DNA from: Amoebophrya sp. A120
Lineage: Eukaryota > Protista > Dinoflagellata
Reading direction: 5' to 3'
DNA: 23,729 nt
Assembly (NCBI GenBank): GCA_905178155.1
Contig: CAJINV010000005.1
Location: forward strand, 7,847,679 to 7,871,407
Position numbers and translations under genes: made by a program. Under the pieces are notes generated by a model. That model was not told where the DNA came from. It saw nothing but the letters and a program-made list of their open reading frames with translations, and searched no databases. The number at the start of each line of letters is the position of its first letter. Position 1 is the stretch's first letter. Shown here one piece after another: positions 1 through 12,500 of this stretch.

Positions 1-526
1 GACAGTGTGGCAGCGTGACTCCTGAGACCTTAGAGGGGTGAGGCAACATCAACCCTCCTACACAGTCGAGCATGAGTGAGAACTTCAACACCGCAGCAAC
101 TCAAGGAAGGGAGCAGAAGCCGGGCGAAGAAATTCACACCCGAACTTTAGGTCTCCTGTTTTGGGTCCATTTGTAAAGAAATAAAAAGCGACTCGCTGGG
201 GCCTTTTTTAACGTTAGGAGTCACGCACTAGCGACATCTTTATCTTTGCCCTTCCTTTGCGTCCCCGCCCGAAAAAAAAATGCGAGCTAGTAACAGATAG
301 AGAATGTCGCTGAGTCTGTTGGGGCATCAGGCGTAGTGGACATCTAAGCTACCTACTCCACTACCCCATCCTTTGCCCCAACTGTGGAATCCGTTTGGTT
401 TTGTGTGTTGCTTTAGCCAATCGAACAACGAGCGCTAACGCTGTAAAACCGCGATACGCAAACAGATATCGAAATCGAGACTCTCTATCCTGCTCAGTTA
501 GCCCTCCCCATACGAACCTCTAGGCG

Positions 527-572
527 AAATCTGCATGACAACTCTGGGGTGGGGAGGTTTTTACAGATGATA
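527..572. mobile_element. Right end of a family-F introner-like element; left end not found
   Basis: AAATCTGCATGACAACTCTGGGGTGGGGAGGTTTTTACAGATGATA matches the right end of element 19079-19357. No matching ACTGT direct repeat next to a TAT was found to the left. Confidence 0.6.
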
Positions 573-3500
573 ACTGTCCACCTGCGCGGATTCGTCAAAG
601 TAAGCCGAGTGTAGAATCCCATAGGGATCCACGGTCAAACCGGGTAAATACCCCGGGCACACTCCCCGCCGCTGGCAGCACTGCTTTTCGTTCCGTATCC
701 TGTGCAAAAGTATCGCACTCGTATAAATGCAAGGCCTGCATTACAAATCTCTTTCTTAAGGTAAATCAGCATTGCAAATTTTATTTCTCATGCTGAGGAA
801 ATTTGTAATGCATTTGTACGAGTACGATACTTTTGCAATTCATATTCCGGATGCTATCGCAATTCCGGCTGACGCAGTTATTACTCGGTAACTTCGCGTC
901 TGCAGTGTTGCCGCCAACAAACCCGGAGGGTATTTCGTTGTTCTCTACAGCAGGGAACACGATCTGCGGTGGAAAATTGCTGACATCCAGCTTCTCTTGT
1001 CCAACTGTGACATAGTCGTGCTTCAGGTAATACGTGGTTTTGTAAACTCCGGCGTTCTGCAGGCGAACGGTAGCGGTACCCTGTGCCGAGGTAATCATCG
1101 AGGTCTCGACCGATTCTGCCGCGATGTATTCCCCGATTGGGATCATGTATGCAGCCAGTGCACAACTCCCCCTCCCCCGCATTTGTATAGCATGAACGGC
1201 AATACAAGCATCAGCAACAGTGCCGGTTTTGCATGGCAAATTTGCACTGGATTGTAGTGCTATTCGGGCTACCAGAACTCGTCATGCATAATAGTGACAG
1301 GAGGGAAAGCGTGGATTTGGTATTTTGCATGAGAAATGAGAACGAGGGGGAGTTGTGCACTGTCATATCATGCGCGCCCGACACTGAAACTCTTTCGGCC
1401 AGGCGAAAAACCCGATGGCGCAGGTGGGGATCTCGCAGCACTTATTGTGAGGAAAAATCCCCCCTCCCCATATTGAAAAAGCATCCGTCGGAAAATTTGT
1501 GATGCAGATTTGTGGCCACAAATCATTTTTGTCTTGCAAAAAGGCAAGCGCTGAGGGATGCGCCGCATTATGGATGCTATTTTTCATGCTGGGTGGCCAA
1601 CAGGGCAGGCGTTTCCAATGCTAAACAGCTAGACTCTTGCGCTCTTAAACACCTATAAGAATCTGGCCGCAATTCCTCACAGCAAGACAGACCTCATCTG
1701 TGTACGCAAATGCAGCATCAGACGTTTCCTTTTGATATGGGGAGGGGGGATTTTTCCTTTTGATAGCACTCCTTGGAGCCCTCGTGGAACCCCGTTTTCT
1801 ATCCTGAGCAAAAACGTCCCCACCCCATAGTTGTCACGCATTTCTGCATGCCAAACAAGTTTCTCATGCTGAGCCCTATGAGAAGCATTGTCTGTCCGTG
1901 TTTTGGAATTTGTCATGCTCGAACCAGCATGCTGTGCTAGATCTGTGATGCTTCTGAACTAGCTAAACAGGACTTTGCTACGAGGACAAGCTTGTCATGC
2001 CAAACAACCAAAGCTGGTTGAATTGTCTAGCAGGTTTCCCATCTTGACTCTGGTGTGGGGACGTTTTTCATCAGGATATTTCCGGGTACGGTGCCAGGTC
2101 TTCGCCGCTTTCCGGCAGACGCACGACGTGTGTCAAGTCTTCGATCGGCTGCCCGAACCCCTTTGACCGGCAATACAGCGTCGCGCGCGTCCAGCCAGGG
2201 GGATTGCTTGGGTATAAATGGGACTTGAAGAAGTCCCCGTGAGGAACGTCATTCACATTCCCGTTCACGGGGATGGTGTGGCCGTCCCCGGAAAATCCCA
2301 AAATGGCGGCGCCGGACTATCAAAATGAAAAATCCCCCCACCCCATATCAAAACGGAAATTTGTGATGCTGATTTGGGGCCACAAATCAGCTTTGTATTG
2401 CAGAGAGGCATTGCGGCCAGATCCCCAGGCTAGGTAGAGGCGCATGTGTCTAGCTGCTCAGCATGGCAAACGACTCCCCTTTAGGCCCAACAGCATGACA
2501 AATCGCTTCCATAATGGGGCGGAAGCTTCTGCCCTTGTCTTCTTGCAAGACAGATGTGATTTGTGACCTCAAATCCGCAACACAAATTTTTGGAAACATA
2601 CCTTTTCAATATGGGGAGGGGGGATTTTGCCTCTCAATACGGACTGCTCGGTGAAAACGTCGGTCAAGCCAGAGGCGTCGATGGCGTCGTACAAAAACAC
2701 GCCGTATGCATTGCAAGCATGTCTGGAACTGGAAAGATCATGGGACTTGTAATGCTAGTCCTACAATCCTGTAACTATCTGTATTGCGTGATCAACAAAA
2801 AGACGCCGATGCCCCCTTATGTCATCCAAAAGCACAGTTTCTCATCCGGGCTGCGCATGACGAGAAGGTGTTCCGCGAATACCTTGTCATGCTTGGCTGC
2901 ATTGGGAAGGATTTCAATCATCCACACTTCAGCATCACAAGTTTCCGGACCCAGACAACATATTTGCATTGGATACGCCGCCACACCGCAGCGGGTGCTG
3001 GCTGTCCGGGCCCTCCCGCCGGCAGCAGTTCTCGGGCGGTAGTTCGCGAAAAGGCTCGGCATGACTCGCCCCAGTTTCCGTGGACGGGTAGGTTCTGGTA
3101 ATAGGAGACCTTTCGCTCGCGTACCGGACAACGCCGTAGCCTTTTAAGCCACAATGGAATTCCTCGTCACTCAAATCGTTTGCGATGCTCCTGTATCAAA
3201 TGTAAAAATGTCTGGGTCTGGAAGAGTCATGCTGTTTTTGCATGACGCAGAAGGTCTGGCATGGAAGCTCTAGCATCACAGGTTTCGAGAAGCCTCCGCA
3301 ATGCCGAACCCGCATGAGAAATCGCCCATTTTGGTGACAGAATTGAGCAGCTTTTGCTACCTATGCATGAGAGATTTTTCTGTGTTCGAAAATGCGCATC
3401 ACAAGTTCGGATCCTTCCAGACCCAGACATTTTTGCATTTGATATCCGGTGGCAGTTGTCGATGCAGCCCCGGTATGCATTGCAAAAGTATCGTACTCGT

Positions 3501-6500
3501 AGTAATCGCAATTGTGCATGACAGATCGCCTTCCTGAGCTAAAACAGCATTACAAATGCCATCTTTCACGCTGAGGGAGTTTGTCATGCGATTTCTACTA
3601 GTACGATACTTTTGCAATGCATACCCGGACCTCCACCGGCTCGCCCTCGTCTTTGCACCACAGCTCTGCTTATCAAGTGCAAAAATGTCTGGGTCTGGAA
3701 GGATGCCACTTGTGATGCTACCTTTGGACTCTACATAAAATCTGTATTGCATGAACAGCAAAAGAGGTGTAATTTGTGCCACGCGGAGAGGGCATTTCTC
3801 ATGCGGTATGAGCATCAGAAAGCCCTCGCAAAATCTGTGATGCTGGGGCATGCATCACAGACCTCATGGGTTATGCAAAATCTGCATGACAAACTCCTGC
3901 ATTCTTCCAGACCCAGACACTTTTACAATCCATACCGCTTTGCCGTGAAAGCCGGGGGCGCAACCCAAATTTCCGTCGCTCCCAGGGGGGTCGTACCACT
4001 TATCTGCGGCGCCGAGCGTCCCCGGCTCAGCGGCAAAACCCGCAGTATCATCTGGGTACAGGTGTACGCTTTTCAGTGCGTTTTCTATCGTGAGGAAAAC
4101 TCCCCATAGCAAAACCGGACACTTCTGAAAATTTGCGATGCTGATTTGTGACCACGCGTCGTCTCTGTATTGCAAGAAGGCCAACCCAGAGACTCCGCCG
4201 CATTATGCAGGCGGCTTGTGATGCTATGGAGCCTACAGAGTAAACCTTTGCCGTGCTACGCGCCTACGTCAAAACCCTTCTACTTAGGCTTAGTATGGGC
4301 CTGCAGTCCTCTACTGCAAGACAGGCCTGATCTGTGTACGCAAATCCTGCATCAGACACTCCCTTTTGATATGGGGAGGGCGGATTTTTCCTTTTGATAT
4401 TTTCCCAGTGGATGTCGTAGGGAAACGAGGATTGTACCGTTAGGCCGGATATCAAATGCAAGAATGTCTGGGTCTGGAAGATTGGTAGGTTTGTCATGTT
4501 GGGAAGCTAAGGGCTGGGCGTCCCTGTCGTTCTCTAAATCTTAAAACGGTAGCCACTTACTCGACAAACTCTAGGTAGAATAAGTTTGGACAAAGTGATC
4601 ATGCAGGTTTTTCCATGACCCGCGCGGTCTGGCATCCACGGCCTAGCATGACAGGTTCTGTGAGATCTCTATCTTCATGCCTTTCCTGCATGAGAAACTG
4701 CCTCGAAACTTGTTCAAAAGTGCACCTCGTTTGGTAATTATGCAACGCAAATTTTTTCACGATCCAGATGTAGCATGACAAGTCACACTCTTCCAGACCC
4801 AGACATATTTGCAATGCATACCGGACGCGGCGCAGGTAACGGCTGCGAGTTTCTCCGGGGGCCGGCACCCCTTCACGCAGCACGAACGTTTGCAGTTTTC
4901 CTCGGTGTACAGCTGTTGCACCACCGCATTATTTTGTTGCTGCATCGCATTCAGGGGCCCGTAGCCGCACAAATGCTGCGCCGGCAGGTTCGGCGCGCGC
5001 AGGGGTTGGTACCAGGGGCCGAAGTTCGCGATGGGATCGTGCCCATTGGCAGGAGCATCGTGCCGGTCACACCCGTTGACAGTGAGGAAGTGTGTCGCGT
5101 CGCAACTCGCCCAACACACTTTCTGCTTGTCCGCCCCGTTTGGGTTGAGGTCAGCCAACCGGTAGTTGCCCCCGGCGCCCGCTGCGTTGCAGTTAAGACA
5201 GGCCTGCTGATAGGGTTTCCCCATTTCGTTGCACAAATCTTGATCCACGTCTCCGAGGACCGTGTTATCAGCTGCAAAAATGTGTGGGTCTGAAAGAATG
5301 CAACTTGTGATGCTGCATTTCGATTCCAAAACAATCTGTATTGCATGAGCAGCAAAGGAAATGTGATTTTTGGTACGCGGAGAGGGCCTTTGTCATGCGT
5401 AGTAGGCATCAAGATCAAGAAGCCCTCAAAAAAACTGTGATGCTAGGGCATGCATCACCGGCATCATAGCTCGCGCAAAACGCGCATGACAAGCCTAAGA
5501 ATCTTCCAGACCCAGACATTATACTTGCAATTGATACGTGTTGGTATTGGAAGATGTCAGATGCGACGCGTCGGTCCGCAGCGTGCAGTAGCACACCGGC
5601 TCGCAGTATCAAATGCAAAAGTGTCTGGGTCTGGAAACATGTGAACTTCTGATGCGTATTTGAGACCAGAAAAAAATCTGTCACGCATGGACCGCAAAAG
5701 TTGCTCACTTCTTGCCACCAAAAGAGGGAATTTGTCATGCGGGTTAGGCATCGCCTAACCTGCTCAAAACCTGTGTTGCTAGGACTTGCATGCTAGACCT
5801 TCTGTGTCATGCACAAACAGCTTCACACTTTTCCAGACCCAGACATATTTGCATTTGATACGCAGCCCCGCAGTTGGACCTTCTGGTTGGACCCGGAGCA
5901 GAGCAGCTGGGGAGCTTGTATAACCCGCTCAGGTGTTACAATCTCAAGCGTTACAATAGAATCTGAGATCAGATTTGTCTTGCCTGATGAGCATGACAGA
6001 CTTGCAGGGCGTTCCACTTTCTGCAATACAAAGTTCGACAGATTGTAGTGGGGTTTGGGGCTCTGGAACTTGTCATGCGCAATCCTGTGGGAGTAGGGTA
6101 GATCGTGCACTTCTTGCAACACAAATTCCAGATTCTATTGTAACGTTTGAGATTGTAACACCTGAGCGGGTTATAGCTTGCCCGGCCACTTTTTCCTTGT
6201 ACCCCTCGGCGCAGATAAGGTCAGAGTCGGGGACCCACCCGTCTTTGTCGGGCATATTGTCATGCTGTGTGAACCCGGGATAGGTCGATGGTTGCTGGTT
6301 CGTAGTCCGGGGCGAGCCGCTCTCTCGCAGAATGTTGTGCCACGCTTTGCTGGGTCTTGGGCGGTAGCCCACCCCGTCGTTCTCCAGCCACCGGTTGGTC
6401 GGCATGTTATTCGCGTCCAAATCCAGCCCATCGTCGCCCCCCAACCCGGGCCGGTAACAGCCGGCAATGCAGCATATCAAATGCAAATATGTCTGGGTCT

Positions 6501-9500
6501 GGAAGATTCCGAGCTTTGTCATGCAGTTTTTCCAAGCTCCACCAAGTTTGGAATGCAGCGCCTAGCATCACAGGTTCTGCAGCCCCTTGGTGATGCCTAT
6601 TCTACATGAAAAATGCCCTCTCAGCATGGCCAGAAGTGGGGACCTTTTGCAGGTCATGCAGCACAGATTTTTGTATGATCCGCAACATGCATAACAAGTT
6701 CGCATCCTTCCAAACCCAGACGTTTTTGCAGTTGATACAGCAACTGTCGTAGCAATTGTCCTCGTTATATGCTTGCTCGCTGCAATACACGTGCTCTGTG
6801 TAGGGATAGGTGGAGTAGTATCCTGAGTAAAAACGTACCCACACCAGAGTTGTAATGCAGATTTGCAAAGACAGGAAGACTTGTAATGCGCATGCGCATC
6901 CCCATGAGAGCCATTTCCAATCGTGTTTTGGAATTTGTGATGCTGTGAACAGGATGAGCAGATGAATCTGTGATGCGGCTGCACTTGCTAACCTGCACTA
7001 CACTGCAGAGCGCAACTTGTCATGCGTGACTCACAAAACTCCTAGGTTTGTGTTGCAAAATCCTCATCCTGACTCTGGTGTGGGTACGTTTTTACTCAGG
7101 ATAANGAGCGCAACTTGTCATGCGTGACTCACAAAACTCCTAGGTTTGTGTTGCAAAATCCTCATCCTGACTCTGGTGTGGGTACGTTTTTACTCAGGAT
7201 AAGTAGAAATATGCGCCCTCAGCAGTCGTGTCCCTCCGATGGCACCCGATGGAGTCGCATTTGGACCAGCACTATCAAATGCAAATATGTCTGGGTCTGG
7301 AAGGATGCAAGGTTTGTCATGCTTGTCTGGCATGACTGGAGAGTTTGTGACGCGTGTCCAAGAAAAGATAGAGACCCTTTTGCTTGTCATGCAAAACGCA
7401 GTGTTCGTCATGTGGAAAGCGCAACACTAAGCCGCGCAAATATTTCTCATGCTTGGCTGCGCATTACAGAGAGCTCACTATTCACAACTCAGCATTACAA
7501 GTTTACAGACCCAGACATATTTGCAATGCATAAGCACCGCTGCTCACCCGTGCTCCCGCCTGCCGTCGTCGGGTTTCCGACCTCTTGCGGGTCCGTTGCC
7601 GAAACCCAGGGACGTATGGGAGTTCCAGGACCGAAATCGACAAAATCGCAAAACTTGTAATGCGTAAAATGTAGGCCACGAGTAGCCTCTGTTAGGAGCA
7701 GGAAATAAATGAGACCCATTGCAGGCCTGTTTAGAGGAAGACGATTTCTTGCCAGAGTAGCACGACAGGAGCAGTCTTCTTTGCCCAAACAGCATGACAG
7801 ACTGGATTTTGGTGCTCCCGAAATTTGTCATGCGCCACTTGGAATAAACTGAGGCTTGTTCAACACAACTGGTATCGATTTTATGCATCACGAAGTATTT
7901 CGATTGTGTTGATTTCGGTCCTGACGCTTCCATAGGACGTAGCTCGTACTTCGTCACGTCGCTGCACACGGCGCAATACTGCTTGCCCGGACCCGGATAT
8001 CAACTGCAAATATGTCTGGGTCGGGAAGAATGTTTTGCTGTTTCCGCACGACACAGAAGGTCTGTCATGGATGGCCTAGCATCACAGATTTTGAGAACCT
8101 TCCGCAATGCCCAATCCGCATGACAAATCCTCCGTTTTTGGTGACAGGAGATGGGGATGGGCACCTTTTGCTGCCTATGCATGAGAGATTTATGTGTGTT
8201 GTGACATGCGCATCACAAATTCGCATCCTTCCAGACCCAGACATTTTTGTAGTTGATACCGGACAAATCGGATTGATTTTCTCCCCACTCGGAACCGCGT
8301 CCTTGAAAGTTTGGCGAAATCCAAGTCCAAACCCCACGCCCGGATAATGATATCCTATTTAAAAACGTCCCCACCCCATAGTTGTCTGTCATGCAGATTT
8401 GCATCAAGAGAAACATTTGCAATGCGCATCCGCATAAGAGGAATTTGTAGCCGTGTTCTGAGATTTCGATTTGTAATGCAGAAAACAGGAGAAGCAGGCG
8501 TCTTTGTGATGTGGCTGTCCTTTCTAAACAGAACTACACTACAGACGGAAGCTTGTCATGCACAACTCCCAAAACTTGGAGATTTGTATTGCAGATTTAC
8601 CAACTTGACTATCGGGTGGGGACGTTTTTCCTTAGGATAAATGATTCGCGATGCCCAGTGTCGTATCCTGACTCACGATGGTGGCTTGGTCCGCTGTGCA
8701 CTTGCAGGTGGGGATGCACCCGTAAGCTATAGCGTGTTCCCCGGGCCCGGGACAAATCAAATCCGGGGTGCCCGCATCGAGAAGGCTCTGGTCTGAGGTC
8801 TGGTGGTTCGCCGGATAGGCGCCGGCGTTTATGAGAGTGCACAACCCCCCCCTCCACCTCGTTTTACCAAAGGGAAAAACACAGGAAAGGGGGAAAATTC
8901 AAAATTTTGCAATGCCTCATTTTTGAGAGAGGTGAGAACCACACGCATGCGCATGGCCTTGGTGATTTGCGGCGGAATCGCAAACGCCAAAAAACCGCTT
9001 ACAACGTATCAAAAGACATACTACGTAGAACGCCTGCCCCCTGGCCTGTCTACAATTTGAAACAAAAGGCCCGCGCTTCGTTTTAAAATCATTGCCGGGC
9101 CCCAGGCGGCGCCGGGCTTCGGGCCAGGGGGCCGGCGCCATTTTCCGAAGCCCCAGGCCATGCCCAACACGAGCAAAACCTGGCCCGGGCGCTACCGCTT
9201 GGGGTGGCCAAAAATTGCAGTCGGGGCCAAGGCAGTTTTTGCCTTCTAGTCTACGGCGTGCGGCTTCGGGCCACTTTTGGGCCCGTTCCTGTGGATTTGA
9301 AATCCGTCCTATCTGCCCCGGTTTTCGGCCAAAATTGGCCGCGCCGCTGTCGCGTCCGGGGCTGCCTCCATTTCTGGGCATTCCTGTGGATTTGTAACCC
9401 GACCTATGTATGTGCCCCGGTTTTCGGCCAAAAAAAGGCCTCGCTTTTGGGGTCTTTTTGATGGCCCGTGCCGAGGGGGGGTGGCCCCAAGGGTACCCCC

Positions 9501-12500
9501 CCGCCCATTCCTGTGGATTTGTAACCGCACCTGTGTGCCTTGATTTTTGGCCCATTTCGAGCCACCGCTACTTCCAGGCTTTGGCCCCTCTCCCAGACCC
9601 CACCCCCTGTCCATTCCTGTGGATTTGCGCTATAACAAAAGAGGTCCATTGGAAGAAGCCAGGCACGATGCTGTTGCGCCGGAATTGAGCGCAAAAAAGT
9701 GTGTCCCTTCTCGGACATACAAATTATACAGGCCGGCCACAGGGCTGCAAGCTCGTGGGGCCGTCCACCGCGATCGCCAGCAGCCGAAGTCGGGCGGCCC
9801 CGGTCCGGCTCAAATAGGGCCCACCCTCCCCCGGGCCCTTTGCGCTAATTCGGAAAAGAAAAAAAACGCGACGGCCAGGTCTTTGGGATCTTTCAGCCAT
9901 TTTGCCGCCGTTGCCTCGGGCGGGTTCATGTTCGACAGAAAAGCGGGCGCCCGACTTCCGGCACGAACGCGGCGAGCAAAAATAGTTAGGAGCGCAAAAA
10001 TATTGGCGACGGTGTGCCGATCTTGCGGAGAGTGGATGGCTGCGCTTTGCTGGAACTCAACAGACAGAAGCGCCGCCGCAAGGAGATCGCGCCGGGCCAT
10101 CGGGCCGGTGGGCCCGGCCATCCCTGCACCACTAGACTTCAGAGAGGAGCTGCCTTTGCAACATACAAAAATTTTGAATTTTTCCCCTTTCCCGTGTTTT
10201 CCCACTTGGTACGTTTGTCATGCCAAATACCCAATCCGCCCTTTGCCTCTTGGCACTGTTTGCATAACAAGTTCTGGTAGCCCAAATTATAGCACTATAA
10301 TCCAGTGCGAATTGGTCATGCAAAACTGGCACTCTTGCTGATGCTTGTACTGCCGCTCATGCTATACAAATGAGGGGAACAAGAGGGGTTGTGCACTGTT
10401 ATAACGTTGAGCCAGGAGTGGTAACCCTGCTCGCATTATTAAAATGAAGAATCCCCCCTCCCCATATCAAAACGGAAATTTGTGATGCTGATTTGTGGCC
10501 ACAAATCATCTTTGTCTTGCATATAGGGTCATAGGAACCATTTGACGCATTCCAGAGCAAGTCTGTCATGCGCTTTCGACTATCGCAAACCTGTTTGCCA
10601 TGCGCAGTTGCTAGCCTTCTGCATACCCAAACAGGCTCAGAAAATGCCGCCAAGCACTTTCTACAAGACAACTCTGATTTGTGTACGCAAATCCAGCATC
10701 AGAAACTTCGTTTCGATATGGGGAGGGGCGGGGATTTTTCCTCTCAATACGCATTTGTATCCATTGGCCCCGACCCCCGAATGAAACGCGGCCTTTAGCC
10801 AATTCCTACACTCGTATCCTGTGCAAAAGTATCGCACTCGTACAAATGCAAGTCTTGCATTACAAATCTTGTTTCCAAGGCAAATCTGCATTACAAATTT
10901 TATTTCTCACGCTGAGCAAATTTGTAATGCATTTATACGAGTACGATACTTTTGCACAGGATAACTCGTCGGTCATTACAACCACATTCGTGCGGCTGTA
11001 GTCGTGAAGGGGCTCTGTCCCGTCCTTGAGAAAGCACTCGTTCGAACCATGCGTGGTACCGTCCGAAGCCGAACCTTCTTCTTTTGCCCAGGCCACCGCC
11101 TTACACAGCGGCTCTTGCGCACACAGTGCGGCGCATGCTACTTCGCTCTCGATGTTGCCCACCGTCATTATGTTAGACCAGAAAATTGGACGAAGTGCAT
11201 GCTTTGTTTTTCGCGCCCCCGCTGCGGCGGCGGGTCGCTTTCGTTTCGCCTCGGGGGCTGCCGGGAGGCCTGACAATACTTACACCCGGCCCGGTGGCCT
11301 CGCTGCGCCATAAAACAACTCACGCGTTGTGACTTGTCAAAGAGAGTCGGGGCAGCTTCCCGGCCCCGAAGCTCCCACCCTCGCCCAAAGGGCGAGGCGC
11401 CCGCCGCCCCGCAGAGCAGCTTCGTTCGTTCCCCAAGGGCTGGCGGCTTGCTATCAGTCGGGGCGGTCCGACTGGCGGGCGCGGGCCACCATGTTTTTGG
11501 CCGACAACGCATTTGCCCTCCCACCATTCCACCCAAAAGGACGGGCCGGCCTTCGAAGCAGTGGGGCGCGCGCCCCACCCTAGAATGAATGGGGCCGGCC
11601 TGCTTTAGCCCCGGCCGGGCGGCTGCCCCCTCTCAGGTAAAGGCTTTGCGAGGGGGCCCGAATTAGCCCAATTCGGCCCCCTTTCGGGGGGAAAATGGAA
11701 CCGGTTTTAAAACATTTTGGGCCCCCCCGTAGCATCGGGCGAAGGCCAAAAAGGGAAATATCTGGCAGGCCTAGGCCAGTTCGGGCCCCTTTTTCCCCCC
11801 CCGGAAGGAATGGAATGGCCGTCCCCCTTGGGAGGGCGGGTTTTGCTTCTGTCCCTCCATCGGCGGGCCGGGGCCGGCCCCGAAAGACGGAAGGCCCGCC
11901 CGGCCCCGGCGAGACTTCTGCCGGCTCCGGGCCGGCTTCGAGTTGGGGCCCCAGGGTGCACGCCGCGCCGGCCGGCTGTGCTTCCCCGGCGTGGCCCCGA
12001 CCCGTGCGGGGGCGAGTGGCGGAGTGCGGGGACATGCCCTCTCCGCCGTATCTTCGTCGGGTCTGGCCGCGCGGCCGCAATGCAGGAAGTTATATTTTTC
12101 CGGAATAATAAAGCAGCCCGGCAACCGGCCTCACCACCGTGGCCCCCGATTTCGTTCCGTCCGCGACCCCCGCTGGAAAGTGGGGGCGTAACAAAGTATG
12201 AACATCGCTCTCGATGTTGCTCACCATAATCATGTCATAATGAGCCATGTCCTTATCCTCCTCGAGAATGCACGGCTTTCCAGCTGCGAATACATCTGAA
12301 TTTTTGATTTTGTGTGTTTTGTGTATTCATCATCAGATTTTGATTATTCTAAATTACTGCATTGATGCTCTCACGACCCAGCTACTATCAATTAATTGCG
12401 TGATGCCATATAATGATAAACAAAAATATGGTCATGGAACTACTAGGGTCACAATTTCGCTTCTATCTACAGACGACAACCACGACTCTAGCTAGGAATC

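Larger units (their letters stand above)
8830..10403. mobile_element. Introner-like element, family G (inverted relative to 1148-1367), hosting a nested insertion
   Basis: TAT...AGTGCACAACCCC / GGGGTTGTGCACTGTTATA ends; DR GCGTT/ACGTT. Without the nested element it is about 222 bp and a reverse-complement homolog of 1148-1367. Confidence 0.88.

Noticed and set aside
486-572. Complete 87-bp TATCC...GATA element
   Set aside because: The flanks CTCTC/ACTGT do not match in register, the left part lacks a proper family-F TIR, and the resulting downstream translation is not Cys-rich or convincing.
1156-1362. hAT- or Tc1-like element with CAGTG...CACTG ends
   Set aside because: There is no TSD at those positions. 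The true ends are the outer TATG/CATA (1148-1367) with a TCATG duplication, and removal at those ends eliminates the in-frame TGA.
7008-7202. Exact 97-bp tandem duplication of an element end
   Set aside because: The copies (7008-7104 and 7106-7202) are identical and separated by a single N, typical of an unmerged contig overlap at a scaffold gap.
9547-10341. 264-aa plus-strand ORF (and neighbouring 8917-9555 and 9810-10205 ORFs) as a transposase
   Set aside because: Low-complexity GC-rich translation with no recognisable DDE, HUH or recombinase motif; the 264-aa ORF runs through the TIR into the host element.
11168-12229. Multiple overlapping Pro/Arg/Gly-rich ORFs
   Set aside because: These are expected by chance in very GC-rich DNA and show no recognisable domain.
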